Positions 11,728-23,319 of a stretch of 64,000 nucleotides of DNA are shown here, piece by piece (within the stretch, counting starts at the first letter, position 1; every line of letters begins with the position of its first letter). The stretch spans positions 66,404,001-66,468,000 of the forward strand of contig CM059438.1 of NCBI GenBank assembly GCA_030390025.1. The letters are read 5' to 3'. The translations under genes and the position numbers were made by a program. The notes under the pieces are model-generated. The model saw only the letters and a program-made list of their open reading frames with translations, searched no databases and was not told where the DNA came from. This DNA is from Squalus acanthias. Its lineage: Eukaryota.

Positions 11728-13432
11728 ATGGCTGCACAGAGGCAGAGGGCTGCACCAAGGTTCTCCGATGACTCCCTCCATATGCTTGTGGAGGGAGTCA
11801 GAGCACGCAGGGAGGTCCTCTTCCTGTCCAATGGGTGGAAGAGACCTCCCCAGGAGATAAAAAGAGCCTGGCTCCAAATAGCAGAGGAGGTCAACAGTAG
11901 GGATGTGTTGAGGAGGACCTGGGTGCAGTGCCAGAAACGTTTCAATGATCTCATTAGATCAGGAAAGGTGAATGCAAAGCCACGCTCAACTTCATCCTGC
12001 TGTGCCTGTGATCACATCCCCATCACTCTGCCTTCCCAACCCTACTCCTGCACATCATTCCTCGCACCAACATACCTTGCATGACCACCCATTCCTCTCT
12101 CTCTATCTACATTATCACATCCCCATCTTACTAACCACCCCTGATACTCACCCTCATCCTAATAGAATCATACCAACTAACAACACACCAGGAGGCCACT
12201 TGGCATTGGCACCCCATTCCATCATAATCTCCCTCTAAAGATGTAACCCATCCATTCCTTACATTCATTCCATCACTCTCACTCAAGCTTCTCTTCTTTC
12301 CCTCCTTGCAGGAGAAGAGCGTGCAGAATAAGAGGGGGAGGGAGAGAACTGGAGGTGGGCCTCCATCATTTGCCACCCTCACAACAGCAGAGGAGGCTGT
12401 GTTGGAAGTATCGGGAGTGGCTGAGCAGCTGGAGGTGGGAGACGGAGAGAGGGGGACATCTCAGCAACCTGGTGACAGAATTGCATATCATACAGCTACA
12501 TGGCATACATCAGTCACTCATATGGGGACTAATGTCATCAGCCACTGAATGGTCATCATTTGCATAATGGTATCAGTACCCATTCTTCACCTGGCATATC
12601 TAATTCATTTCTTTATTCTCCCACAGGTTCACCAAGTGCGCCCCCCCCCGCCCCCCGCCACTGTGGAGGAAGAGGAAGATGACTCCTCAGAGGAGCCTCC
12701 AGCCTCTGAGGGCGCAGTGTCACCAGACATGAGCACATCCAACACCAGAGCAGAGACGCACACCTCGGTGCGACACGAGATAGAGTAGTGTTGTCACCGG
12801 GTCCGTCACAAGTCACAAGTGAGCAAGAGCAGATGGTGGAGACAGGGACAGCAGTGAAAATTCCTCGCCGGAGGGCACAGGACGCTCCCAGCTCTGCTCA
12901 GCTGCATGCAGACGCTGAACCTCGGGGGCCATCCAGAAAGAGGGCGATCCTGGAGGCGCAGCAAGAAGTGCAGGAGGCTCTGACAGGTTTTGCAACCACG
13001 ATGTCCGCAAATGTACAGAGAATGGAGGAATTAATCTCCAACATGAGCAACACTGTGTCGCAGGTGATGGCGACTGTAGACTCTTCCATGAATAGAATGG
13101 CCACCTGCATGGAGCAGCTAATGCGCCATTCACAGGAGCACATGGTCTCTATGGAGAATAGATGGCTACCTATGGAGCACAGATGGCACAGGCTCATAGA
13201 CCTCCTCTCTAGGAGGGATGTCAGTGTAGATGTGGGTCCTCATGGCCCCACTGATGTGCAGCAAGGTGCTTTCCAGCTCCTTGCTAGCAGGGAAATGTGG
13301 GTGGCCCATGAGAGGGATGAGAGTGAGAGGGGAGATGGAAGTGTGGGCTCCTCTCAAAGCGCTCACACTTTTCCCCCATTGCCATCCCCTCAGTCAGAGC
13401 CCCAGGTGGCTCCTCGGATTGCGATGGCCTAG
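11728..13432 (+). pseudogene. Harbinger Myb/SANT-like (NAIF1/MSANTD-type) gene, three exons: 11728-11967, 12312-12471, 12627-13432
   Basis: MAAQRQRAAPRFSDDSL..AWLQIAEEVN..TWVQCQKRFNDL; GT/AG junctions conserved in copies C and D; exon 2 RERTGGGP; exon 3 frameshifted in a poly-C run and near 12786. Confidence 0.88.
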
Positions 13433-13899
13433 TCCGCCCCTGCACAGTCGCAGGAGGAGGAGACTTTGGCCATCACAGGCTCCAAAACGCACAGGACGTC
13501 CACCAAGAGACTAAGCAGTCACAGCAGGGAAGTGAGCAGGCTGCCTCTACTTCTGCTGAAGCCACAGGGGTAGCACCTCGTAGAAGCATGCGGAAGAGAA
13601 AGATGACACACAAGTAGATTCACAAGGGTAGCCACTTGGGTGTTTTATTCAATGTTAATGTCAAGTTTCCGTTAATGTACTGTCAACCATAAAAATCTTT
13701 ATTTTCACCACTTTCCCATCTTGGACACATTTGTGTGCACCTTTGGAAGTGGCTTAGTGAGTTGCAGTGAATGGTGAGACATAACGGCACCTCCAGCAAT
13801 GGTGGTCAGAATGGCTTGGGCATTGTAGGGATCCTTTATGATGTTGCTGTGGGGTGGTGCCAACCTGGCGCAGCATGTGGCAGCCATATGGGTGTACTG

Positions 13900-15137
13900 C
13901 GTAAAGTTAAGTAAACCTGGCCATGATGAGGCCATCCCTGGCCTCCCGGGCAGCAATGTGCTCGGGTGCTGGTAGGCTCTGGTCCGCAGGTTCCTCCAGC
14001 TCCTGCTCCTCCTCGTCTTCCAGCTGATGCTCCTCCTACTCCTCCTCCTCCTCCTCTGAAGAGGCTGTGCGCTCAGTGCCTTACTCCTCATGCAGCGCTA
14101 ATCCTCGCTGCTGCACTATGTTGTGCAGGGTACAGCAGACCACGACGATTATGGAGACCTTGGCTGGTGCGTACTGAAGGGCTCCTCCAGATATGTCAAG
14201 CCATCTGAAGCGCATTTTGAGAATGCCTATTGTCTGCTCTGTGACACACCTGGTGGAAATGTGGCTTTCATTATATCTCTTCTTAGCCTCAGTACTTGGC
14301 CTCCTCAAGGGTGTTATGAGCCACATCTTCAGTGGATAGTCCTTGTCTCCAAGCAGCCAGCCAGAAAGTCTGTTTGGAGGAGCAAAGAGCTGAGGGAGGG
14401 TGGACTGGCGAAGGATGAAAGAGTCATGGCAGCTGCCAAGGAATTTGGTGCACACATGCATGATGATCTTCCTATGGTTCAGACCAGCTGCACATTGAGG
14501 GAGTGAAAGCCCTTGTGGTTGACACCTGGGTTATGATGGGGTGCCCTGATGGCCACATGTGTGTAGTTGATGATGCCCTGCATCCATGGGAACCATCCAG
14601 AGTGGCAAAGCCGAATGCCCGCTCAGTAGCACTGGCTTTATCAGTGGCAAAGTTAATATAATTGGCTGACTTGTCAAACAGGGCATCAGTGACCTGTGTG
14701 ATGCATCTGAGGGCGGCCGACTGCGAGATGCCGCAAATGTCTGCTGCAGATCCCTGGAAGGAGCCTGAGGTGAAGAAGTTGAGGGTACTGATGACTTTGA
14801 CAGTCACTGGTAAGGCATATCCACCCGCTCCTCTGGGCTGCAGGTCTTGCTCGAGCAATGTGCAAATGACCTGGCACGATAGTCTGATCCTCCTTTGGCA
14901 CTGCTGCTCCGTCATGTTGAGAAAGCTCACCCTCTGCCTGTGTACCCTGTGTTGGCCTCCGGCATGGTGCAGCCCTGCGCTGATACCCTCTGTCCTGTGC
15001 AACATCAGGTGGTTGAGAAGAAGGTTGGTGGTGTTGTTGTTGGTGCTGCTGGTGTTGGGGCTCTTCGTGGTCCAATTCTGAGGACCAAGGTGACACAGTA
15101 TAAACGGCACCCATGCTTATGGAATAGATAGTGGCCA
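13900..15137 (-). pseudogene. HARBI1-like DDE transposase (copy B), frameshifted
   Basis: [59 protein letters not shown]; 5' end hit by a Penelope-derived insert. Confidence 0.92.
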
Positions 15138-16243
15138 TGATGCGGAGATGCCGGTGTTGGACTGGGGTGGACAAAAGTGAGAAGTCGCACAACACCAGGT
15201 TATAGCCCAACAGCTTTATTTGAAATCACAAGCTTTCAGAGCTGCTGCCCCTTCGTCAGGTGAAGTGACAAAGGGGCAGCAGTTCCAAAAGCTTGTGATT
15301 TCAAATAAAACTGTTGGGGGTAGAAATTAGGTCGCGCCCAATTTGGGGCGCAAATATCGTCCGGACGCAAATTTTAGCGCCTGGCGCTAATTATCGGCAC
15401 TGACGGGAAACTTCACTTTTACCGCCCCGGGAGGTGAGTGGAGCGCTAAAGCAGGCGCTGCACACCTCTCTTAAGGCGCAAAGGCCGAGCAGTGAGGCGC
15501 TAACTCGGAGCGCTGGCGAAGCTCATGTAATGTCAGTCAGCATTGGAACACACACACAATGGCACGGGCCAGTTCTTAAAGGGGATGGTTAATCTTGCTT
15601 TCCATCCACATCCTGTTCATTGCTGCCTTGAATCTCGGCCTGGAGAGACTTGCACATCAAATGTGCTGGAAAGAACAATGGAGAGCACCAGGCAAAGAGC
15701 TCAGAGTGCAGCTCCCACGGTCTCTGCTAAATCGATACAAGGAATGGCAAATCAAAATGAACCTGCAAAGTGCTGCTCAGTACCCAAAACTCCTTCACAC
15801 AATGTTGAATCTCTCCAGAAGTCTCTCCCTCTCTCTCTCAGAATGCATAGTTCAAAAACGCCACCAACAATAAAAGACAGGAAGAGGCCCCCTTTAAATA
15901 GCGCCCCCCCCAGCCCCACAGCGATTGATAGCGTTCCAGTCTTCTGGTCGTTGGAAGCGCCAGGCGGTAAGGCAGGGGGCGCCACTCAATTTCCGCTACG
16001 GGGCGCCCCAAGAGCGTTGCACCATGGAATGACGTCACAATATGTGCGCGCAGGTGGTCGCAGCGGTAAGTTTTAGCGCCGCCGCACAATCTCAAGTTAA
16101 GTTCTCGAGCGGCGCAAACATCGCTGCGCCCGGGCGTTAGCGGCTTTGCGACCCATTAGCGCCCTCTTAAGGCGCTAACGGGTGGCGCAACCAAGTGAAT
16201 TTTTACCCCTTGGACTATAACCTGGTGTTGTGCGACTTCTCAC
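15138..16243. mobile_element. Palindromic Penelope family-1 insert, itself split by a MITE
   Basis: Same leader and arms as 5244-5472; TSD CTTATGGAATAGAT (15116-29 and 16243-56); minus-arm hammerhead core intact, plus-arm core degenerate. Confidence 0.9.
15317..16209. mobile_element. Harbinger non-autonomous element (893 bp)
   Basis: GGGGTAGAAATT / AATTTTTACCCC with TTG TSD; same family as 23320-24229 in opposite orientation. Confidence 0.92.
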
Positions 16244-17039
16244 TTATGGAATAGATGGCAGGTCAAGTAGAGATCAGAGGAGCAAGATATCAATGGTGTG
16301 ATAGGTTGTCACAATGAGGTGAGACTGGATGGCGACTTTGCTGGAAACACTTGCAGCCTGTAGAAAGCCTAATCTGTGCTGGGAATGCAGTCAGCAACAG
16401 CTTCTGCCTGAGGAAAGTGATCAGCTGTGAGGTGGGAACTTTTATAGTACATTTCATGTTGTCATCTAATCAGCTGGAGCAATGGCCACTCAACTCCCAC
16501 CTCAGGCTGACAGACGTGGTTCCCGAGCTGCGTGAATCCCATGGGCAGCCAGGGAAATTCTAAAGGTATGCTGAAAAACACTCTTAAGGGTCTGACAACT
16601 ACGTGTTAGTGATTTGAATTAGGTCGCCCGCCTCTGCTGGTCGGGTCGCTGCCGCACCGGCAAACGCGCCCGAGGGAAAGGCGCTTGGGGGTGGGATGAC
16701 GGCGGGTTCCCGACCCGCTCCAAACTATTTCAAATTTCCCACCTGACCCGCCTCCAATCGCGCCTGCACGGACCCCAGAAAATTCCAGCCAAAGAGTCTG
16801 GTCCAGTTTACAGTGTAGTTCAGTGCAGCAGAGGCAACTATTTGTTATCTTTCTATTTTCCCAAGGAGAGATAGTTAAGCCTGTAACTACTGTAAATCTA
16901 CAGTGTGTCATTGCTACTATTCACTTCTCTGGTTAAAGGGTAATAAATGTGTTTGGCTACATATAATCTAAGCCACAGTCCAGTGATGTGTTTTGACCAC
17001 TGCCTTCTGAAGTTAAGGAAGATCATGTGAGGGAATGTA

Positions 17040-18085
17040 ACCAGTAGGTAAAATACACTCAAGGGTTTTCTGTTTGATCCCGCGGAGAAATTGTAGTCAA
17101 GCATAATGCTCTCGAAACACACCAGCACTTTCTAGCAGGGATCAATGGATAGTAATCAATAGCTGGAGTCATGCCTAATATCCCTCTCCCCAACCCAGGG
17201 AGCCTGAGCCTACACCCTCCTCTGCCACCTCAATTGAGAATGGCTCGCCCAGCGTAAACCAGAAATCAAACTTGGGAACCTTTTGTCCTGCAAGGACTGG
17301 TACCACACAAGGGCCCTGAATTTCCGATCGGAGGCTTCCTGCGTGCAGATGCCTCCAATCGGGAAAAATCTACGCACTTACCTGCTGGCTCCGTAGGTCC
17401 TGAGACTTCTGACCCTGGGCCTCTCCACTATGAAATGCGCAGAGGCCCAGGTATCCCATGGGTGCATGCGGTTTGCAAGGGGAACCAATCAAAGAAGGGA
17501 ATCCCCCTGCACACTTTTGACAGGTCTCTACGCATAGATCTGTCAAAAGTATGAATGGGGATCACTTAAAAAACACACTTAAACATTAAATAGTTTTTTT
17601 TAAATCACGTACTTAAAAATTAGTTAAAATTACATTAAATTAAATATTTTAAACAAAAATTTAATTTTTTGAAAAAAACAATTAAAGTTTTTTACAAAGC
17701 TAAAAATAAACTTACCTTTTTTAAAAGTATTTTTAAATTATAAATGAGTGAAAAAAAAATGATTTTTTAATTTTTTAAAACTCTTATGCTGGTAAAAGCA
17801 GGCCTTACGCCTGATTTTACCAGGCGTAAGAGTTTTAAGTGTTTTCAGCGGGCGGAGGTTGTGCAGAAAGTGGAACTCTCCCCCCCACAGAGGCCCTTCT
17901 CCAGGGCAGGCGGAGGATCTGTCAAGAGAATTCTTGACAGATCGGAAGTGCCGGGTTTTAGTGCATGCGCTTCGCATGCCTGAAACCAGCACTTGCGAGG
18001 CCCCTACGGGTGCGTACACAGCTCGTACACACCCGTGGGGGTCGGAATATCCGGCCCAATGTGATGAATCTAACCAGTCAGCCAT
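17040..18085 (-). mobile_element. Old LF-SINE-like SINE interrupted by a MITE
   Basis: Similar to 690-916; sequence resumes after 18057. Confidence 0.4.
17311..18057. mobile_element. Harbinger-type MITE with AT-rich core
   Basis: GGCCCTGAATTTCC / GGAATATCCGGCCC ends; TSD CAA or AAG/AAT depending on register; internal palindromes. Confidence 0.8.
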
Positions 18086-18619
18086 AAAATCTGCCCCTTT
18101 TGGATACAAGCTTTGCTGTGCAGTAAGCAGCATCTCATTAATCAAAGGAGTGATGATTACCAATCTTTTTAAAATAAATGATATTATTAAATGGTTTATT
18201 GAATAGCGACAATATAGTGAAATTCCTATCCTTACTGTTTAGTTTGACACTTTCCAAGACTGTTCCGTGGGGCTTGTCTTCTTAATCTCAAACTCATCAC
18301 CACCTTAGTCAAAAACCAACCTTCTACTCAACAGGTTCCTCCTTATTCAGAAATCGTGCCATACTAATTTTCAAATATATTTTTCATTTCAGCTTCCCCC
18401 CTCCAAACTCCAGTGGTAATTTATTTCATAAATCTGCAATCATTTTGTGAGGAATACGTATTCTTTTAACTTGTGCGTTGCCAATGATTTTCCAGTTTTC
18501 CAATCGTGCCGCCTTGTTCTGCACTCTGAATTTCTCATAGTTGATCCAAATTGTCCTACATCAATATTAAAAGACAAAAATTGGATTAAAAGTTCAACAG
18601 TAGTGTGATGTGAAATCTT

Positions 18620-19380
18620 GGCCCAGAAATTAGGCTCCCTGGCTTCCCGCGGGTGCAAGGATCCCGCGCGCACCTACCTACCGCGCCTGCCGTTGACCTC
18701 TGGGCCCACGGGGACTTCAGCTCCTGGGCCTCCTGCAGCTGCTGGCGCGCAGTGCTTGTGTATCCCAGGGGCATAGTTAGTGCGATGCGTTCCCTGGGAT
18801 CACGTGGGCCATGGAGAGCCAATGGCAGCAGACCATCTTTCATTCATAGATTTGACAGGACCTGTCAAATCTATGAATTGAAATCGGCCCCAAAACAACA
18901 CCTAAACTTCAAATAATTTTTTTTTTAAAAATCACATTTTTAAAATAACTATAAGTTAAATAAATTAACTACTTTAAACAAAAATTTTTATTTTTGAAAA
19001 AATTAAAATACTTTTTAACAGTGCTAAAAATAAACTTACCTTTCTTTAAAGTATCTAAAAAAGATAAACCTGTTGAAAAAATGTTTAAATTGTAATTAAT
19101 TAACCACTTACCTTGTTAAAAACGGGTCTTGCGCCTCCTTTTTAAAAGCGCAGCTTCTTCAATACTTACCTTCCCGGAGAAACCTGAAAAAAAACCTAAG
19201 TTTGCTGCGTGCGCGCAGCCTCTCCCGCGCACGCGGTTCACCTCTCAACCCCTCCCTTCACGAGACCGGAAGTTCCGGTTTCCGCGCATGCGCAGTGCAT
19301 GCAGGAAACCGGCACTTCAGGAGGCCTTACGGGTGAGTACACAGCGCGTACTCACCCGGCAAGTGTCGAATTTTTGGCCC
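18620..19380. mobile_element. Harbinger-type MITE with AT-rich core
   Basis: GGCCCAGAAATT / AATTTTTGGCCC; near reverse complement of 22225-22987. Confidence 0.88.
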
Positions 19381-19429
19381 ATTGTGTATAATTTTTGCAC
19401 TTGACCTTCTCTCTGGTTCATTCATTCTA

Positions 19430-19790
19430 CTATTTTCTTTGCCATGCTAATTGCCCAACGAGACTGTGAGGATTGTTCTGTTTGGTCACTTTTGTCTGCA
19501 CAAGGTTTTCTTCCACTTTCTGCTCTCTAAATCGTCTTTGGGCACAAATATCCATTATCTGCCATTTACCTGCAGTTTCAGATTCCACTATTATGCCCTC
19601 AGCATTGCATTGAGAAACATTGAGTCCTTTTAATCTCTTTATCAATGTCATCAGCAAAGATGATGAAAAGTCAGATCATGGACACATTCCTCAAGAGTTC
19701 CGTGGCTTTCCCATTCTGAAGAAATCCATTTATGACCAGTTTTTCTTCTCGCTTAGATATCCATCTTCAGTTTTATTTTGGCCTCATTTG
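19430..19790 (-). mobile_element. Ancient CR1 RT remnant
   Basis: Minus strand ataaatggatttcttcagaatgg (INGFFSEW-like) and tttgctgatgac (FADD). Confidence 0.45.
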
Positions 19791-19844
19791 CTCCACCCAT
19801 GGCTGCACCATTCCCAAACCAAAAGGATAAGAAGGTGACCTGTT

Positions 19845-19947
19845 CCTCGGTGTTAATTTTTTTGTCTTATAATACTCCTGTGAAGCGCCTTGGGACGTTT
19901 TACTACGTTAAAGGCGCTATATAAATACAAGTTGTTGTTGTTGTTGA
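19845..19947 (+). mobile_element. L2 LINE 3' end with (TTG)n tail
   Basis: cctgtgaagcgccttgggacgttttactacgttaaaggcgctatataaatacaagttgttgttg; same as 45560-45660. Confidence 0.85.
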
Positions 19948-20059
19948 TTTGCTAGCAGGTTTATTTCTATTGCTGTATTTCAAAAAAAAAGTCTGCTCTG
20001 CAATAACAGTACTGCTTCCCTTTGGGTAGTTGACCCTGTTTTTTGGAAGTTAGGACATG

Positions 20060-20741
20060 GAGACCCCAGAGGTGTGTGGATATTTGTACAGTGGGGCCAG
20101 GACTGTTGATATTTACCTGAAAGCAGGGGAGGTGGGGGTGGGGGGGGAGGCGGGGAGGAAGAGGCAGCAGAGTGATATTTGCATGGGGGAAATACCCCTG
20201 GAGTGTGGCAATAATTGCAGGATGTCCCTGGGACTGCATCAATATTTTGCAGCCATCAATGTTTGGCAGATGGCCTCCAGGACTGCATCATTATTTATGC
20301 TGGGGTCCCGGGATTCCTTCAATGCTTGGCAAGGGGTTCTCCGGAACTGCACCATTATTCGCAGGGGACCCCGGAACTATGATGATGTTTGCAGGGTGTC
20401 CCCACGAGTGTGTCGATATTTTCAGGGAGTCCTTGGGATATTTACAGGGCGTGCCGTGAGTGTGTCGATATTTGTATTGGGGTCGTGAGGAATATCTTGA
20501 TATTTGCAGGGACTCCCTGACAGTTTGTTGATGTTTATTGGGGGTGTCCTGGGAGTACACCGATATTTGCGTGAGGGGGAGGTCTCGGGAATTTGTCAAT
20601 ATTTACTGTAAGGTCACAGGAGTATGTGGATATTTGTGCATGGGATGTTAACCTGGAATATGTCAACATTTGCATGGGATCACTGGGAATACTCGATTTT
20701 TGCAGGAGATTCCCCAATAGACAAAAATTTGAAAACCCTTG
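20060..20741. repeat. Degenerate tandem array of about 30-33 bp units ending in a hAT/Charlie-like TIR
   Basis: About 20 diverged units of gatatttgcagggg(t)ccc..gagtgtgtc; end aaaaatttgaaaacccttg (reverse complement CAAGGGTTTTCAAA). Confidence 0.6.
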
Positions 20742-21004
20742 GTTTAAACTGACCAATGAGAATCAAAAACAGGCTTATTGTTTTATTTTTAAAGCCACTT
20801 TATTGGAGCTATGTAGCAGGTGTCTTTGTTAGAACAATATTACTTTGGTGAACTTTCAGAGGCAAGATTCAAAACTCATTTTCTCTTTACTAGTGTGGTA
20901 GTAGTCTCTGAATTTTGTGACTTAGTTTTCGTTTTGTTTAGCCAAAATTATAGCTGTTTTATACTTGTTGACTAATGCAGAGAATTTTCCAGACGCTTAG
21001 AAGT

Positions 21005-21715
21005 ATATGTTACATAGGAGCAGGAGTAAGCCATTCAGCCCCTCGAGCATGCGCTGTCAACCAATTAGGTCATGGCTGATCTGTACCTCAACTCCACTTA
21101 CCCATCTTCGCTCCACATCCCTTGATACACTTACCTAACAAAACTCTATCAATCTCAGTCTTGGAAGCTCCAGTTATCCCAGGATCCACAGCCTTTTGGG
21201 GGCGAGAGTTCAAAATTTCTACTACCCTTTGTGTGAAAAAGTGTTTCCTGATTTCCCCTCCTAAATGGCCTCGCTCTAATTTTAAGATTATGTCCCCTTG
21301 TTCTTGATCCCGACACAAACAACAAAAACAATGACTTGCTTTTATATATATCGCCTTTAATGTGGTAAAATGTCCCAAGGCGCTTCACAGGAACGCTATC
21401 AAACAAAATTTGACACTGTTCCACATAAGAAGATATTCGGACAGGTGACCAAAAGCTTGGTCAAAGAGGTAGATTTGAAGGAGCGTCTTAAAGGAGGAGA
21501 GAGAGGTGGAGAGTTTTAGGGAGGGAATTCCAAAGCTTAGGGCCTAGGCAACTGAAATCTCCTCCACCACAGGAAATAGTTTCTCTGTATCTACCCCATC
21601 AAATCCCTCTATAATTTTTAACACCTCGATCAGATCACCCCTCAATCTTCTAAATTCAAGGGAATACAAGCCAAGTTTATGCAACCTGTCCTCATAATGT
21701 AACCCTCTAATCCCC
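21005..21715 (-). mobile_element. CR1 3' fragment with a nested L2 3' fragment (about 21315-21560)
   Basis: SRTRGHNLKIRARPF and FFTQRVVEILNS; CR1 3' UTR at 21010-21090; L2 tail acaaacaacaa..tttatatatatcgcctttaa inside. Confidence 0.85.
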
Positions 21716-21835
21716 AGTGTTGAAGGGTGAATTCTTTTTCGACCCGTTTCATAATCTCATTACGTCAGTAATAAATCAGAAGGAAAAGCTCGGGGAAGGG
21801 GGTCGCTTTCTGTACAATGTTTTATTTAGAAGAAC

Positions 21836-21971
21836 AGGATTGAATATAATGGTCGGGGTTTTCTGCTGTGCATTCACGAGCCCGCGATTTTCCTGGCCGT
21901 TAAAATTGCTGGGAGGAAATCGGGGGCTGTTGAGCACATTAGCAGAAAATCCCAGCCGGTATTTTCTACCA
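21836..21971. mobile_element. Small palindromic MITE-like element
   Basis: ggggttttctgct...gattttcct / aggaaatc...agcagaaaatccc imperfect hairpin. Confidence 0.5.
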
Positions 21972-21983
21972 GTTGGGAAATTA

Positions 21984-22128
21984 TAGAATCATAGAAGATA
22001 GGAGCAGGAGTAGGCCATTCGGCCCCTCTAGCTGGCTCCAACATTCAATGCGATCATGGCTGATCATCCAAATTCAGTACCCTGTCCCTGCTTTCTCCCC
22101 ATATCCCTTGATCCCTTTAGCCTTAAGA
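21984..22128 (-). mobile_element. CR1 3' UTR fragment
   Basis: atagaatcatagaagataggagcaggagtaggccattcggcccctc. Confidence 0.85.
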
Positions 22129-22224
22129 TAAAATTAGATTAAGTTATTCAAAAATAAAAACAGAAAATGCTGGAAATACTCAGCAGGTCAGGCAGCCTCT
22201 GTGGAGAGAGAAACAAGAGTTAGC

Positions 22225-22987
22225 GGACCAGAAATTCGGCTCTTGTCGGGTGAGTACGCGCTGTGTACTCACCCGTAAGGCCATCTGAAGTGTCGGTTTC
22301 CTGCATGCACTGCGCATGCGCGGGAAACCGGAACTTCCGTTCCCCTGAAGGAAGGGATTCAGAAGTCGAACGCGTGCGCGGGAGAGGCAGCGCGCACGCA
22401 GTGAACTTCGGTTTATTTTCAGGTTTCTCCGTGAGGGTAAGTATGGAGAAGCTGCACTTTTAAAAAGGAGGCGCAAGGCCTGTTTTTAACAAAGTAAGTG
22501 GTTAATTAATTACAATTTAAACATTTTTTCAATAGGTTTATCTTTTTTAGATACTTTAAAGAAAGGTAAGTTTATTTTTAGCACCGTTAAAAAGTATAAT
22601 TAAATTTTTCAAAAATTAATTTTTGTTTAAAGTAGTTAATTTATGTAATTTATAGATATTTTAAAAATGTGATGGTTTTTTAAAAATGTATTTGAAGTTT
22701 TAGTGTGGTTTTGGGGCCAATTTCTATTCATAGATTTGACAGGTCTTCCTGTCAAAATCTATGAATGAAGATTCCCTGCTCCGATTGGCTCTCCATGGCC
22801 CACGTGATCCCAGGGGACGCTTCGAACTAACTGCGCCCCTGGGATACGCAAGCACTGCGCGCCGGCAGCTGCAGGAGGCCCAGGACCCGAATTCCTCGTG
22901 GGCCCGAAGCACAATGGCAGGCGCGGTAGGTAAGTACGCGCGTGATGCTTGCACCCGCAGGAAGCCGGAGAGCCGAATTTCTGGCCC
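22225..22987. mobile_element. Harbinger-type MITE with AT-rich core
   Basis: GGACCAGAAATTC / GAATTTCTGGCCC; inverted sister of 18620-19380. Confidence 0.88.
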
Positions 22988-23319
22988 ATTGTTTGAGCTC
23001 TATGATCAGAACTGGAAGATGTTAGAGATTAACAGTTTTTAAGCAAGAGTACAGAGCAAGCGAAAAAGGTGTGGGGGTGGGTGTAAACGGGAAAGGAAAA
23101 ATCAAAGGGGAAGGCCTGTGATGGGGTAGAGGGCAGGAGTGAATAAATGACAAATGGGATGATGGTGCAAGTACCACTCCCTTTTGCCTTGCACCATCAT
23201 CCCTTTTGTCATTTAATCGCTCCTGCCTTCCACCCCATCACAGACCTTCCCCTTTGTTCTTTCCCTTCCCCTTCCCCCTCCACCTTTTCCCTCTCTCTGC
23301 ACTTGCTTAAAAACTGTTA

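Larger units (their letters stand above)
11434..16790. mobile_element. PIF/Harbinger transposon copy B, near full length, decayed
   Basis: TIR-like GGCCGGAATTTCC / GAAAATTCCAGCC; convergent Myb and transposase genes; no clean TSD seen. Confidence 0.88.

Noticed and set aside
15543..16076. 177-aa ORF inside the 893-bp element
   Set aside because: Frame not conserved in the sister copy 23320-24229 (GA-run length differs) and no recognisable domain.
20060..20741. CRISPR-like repeat-spacer appearance
   Set aside because: Cores are not identical, intervening parts are related to each other, no cas genes, vertebrate context.
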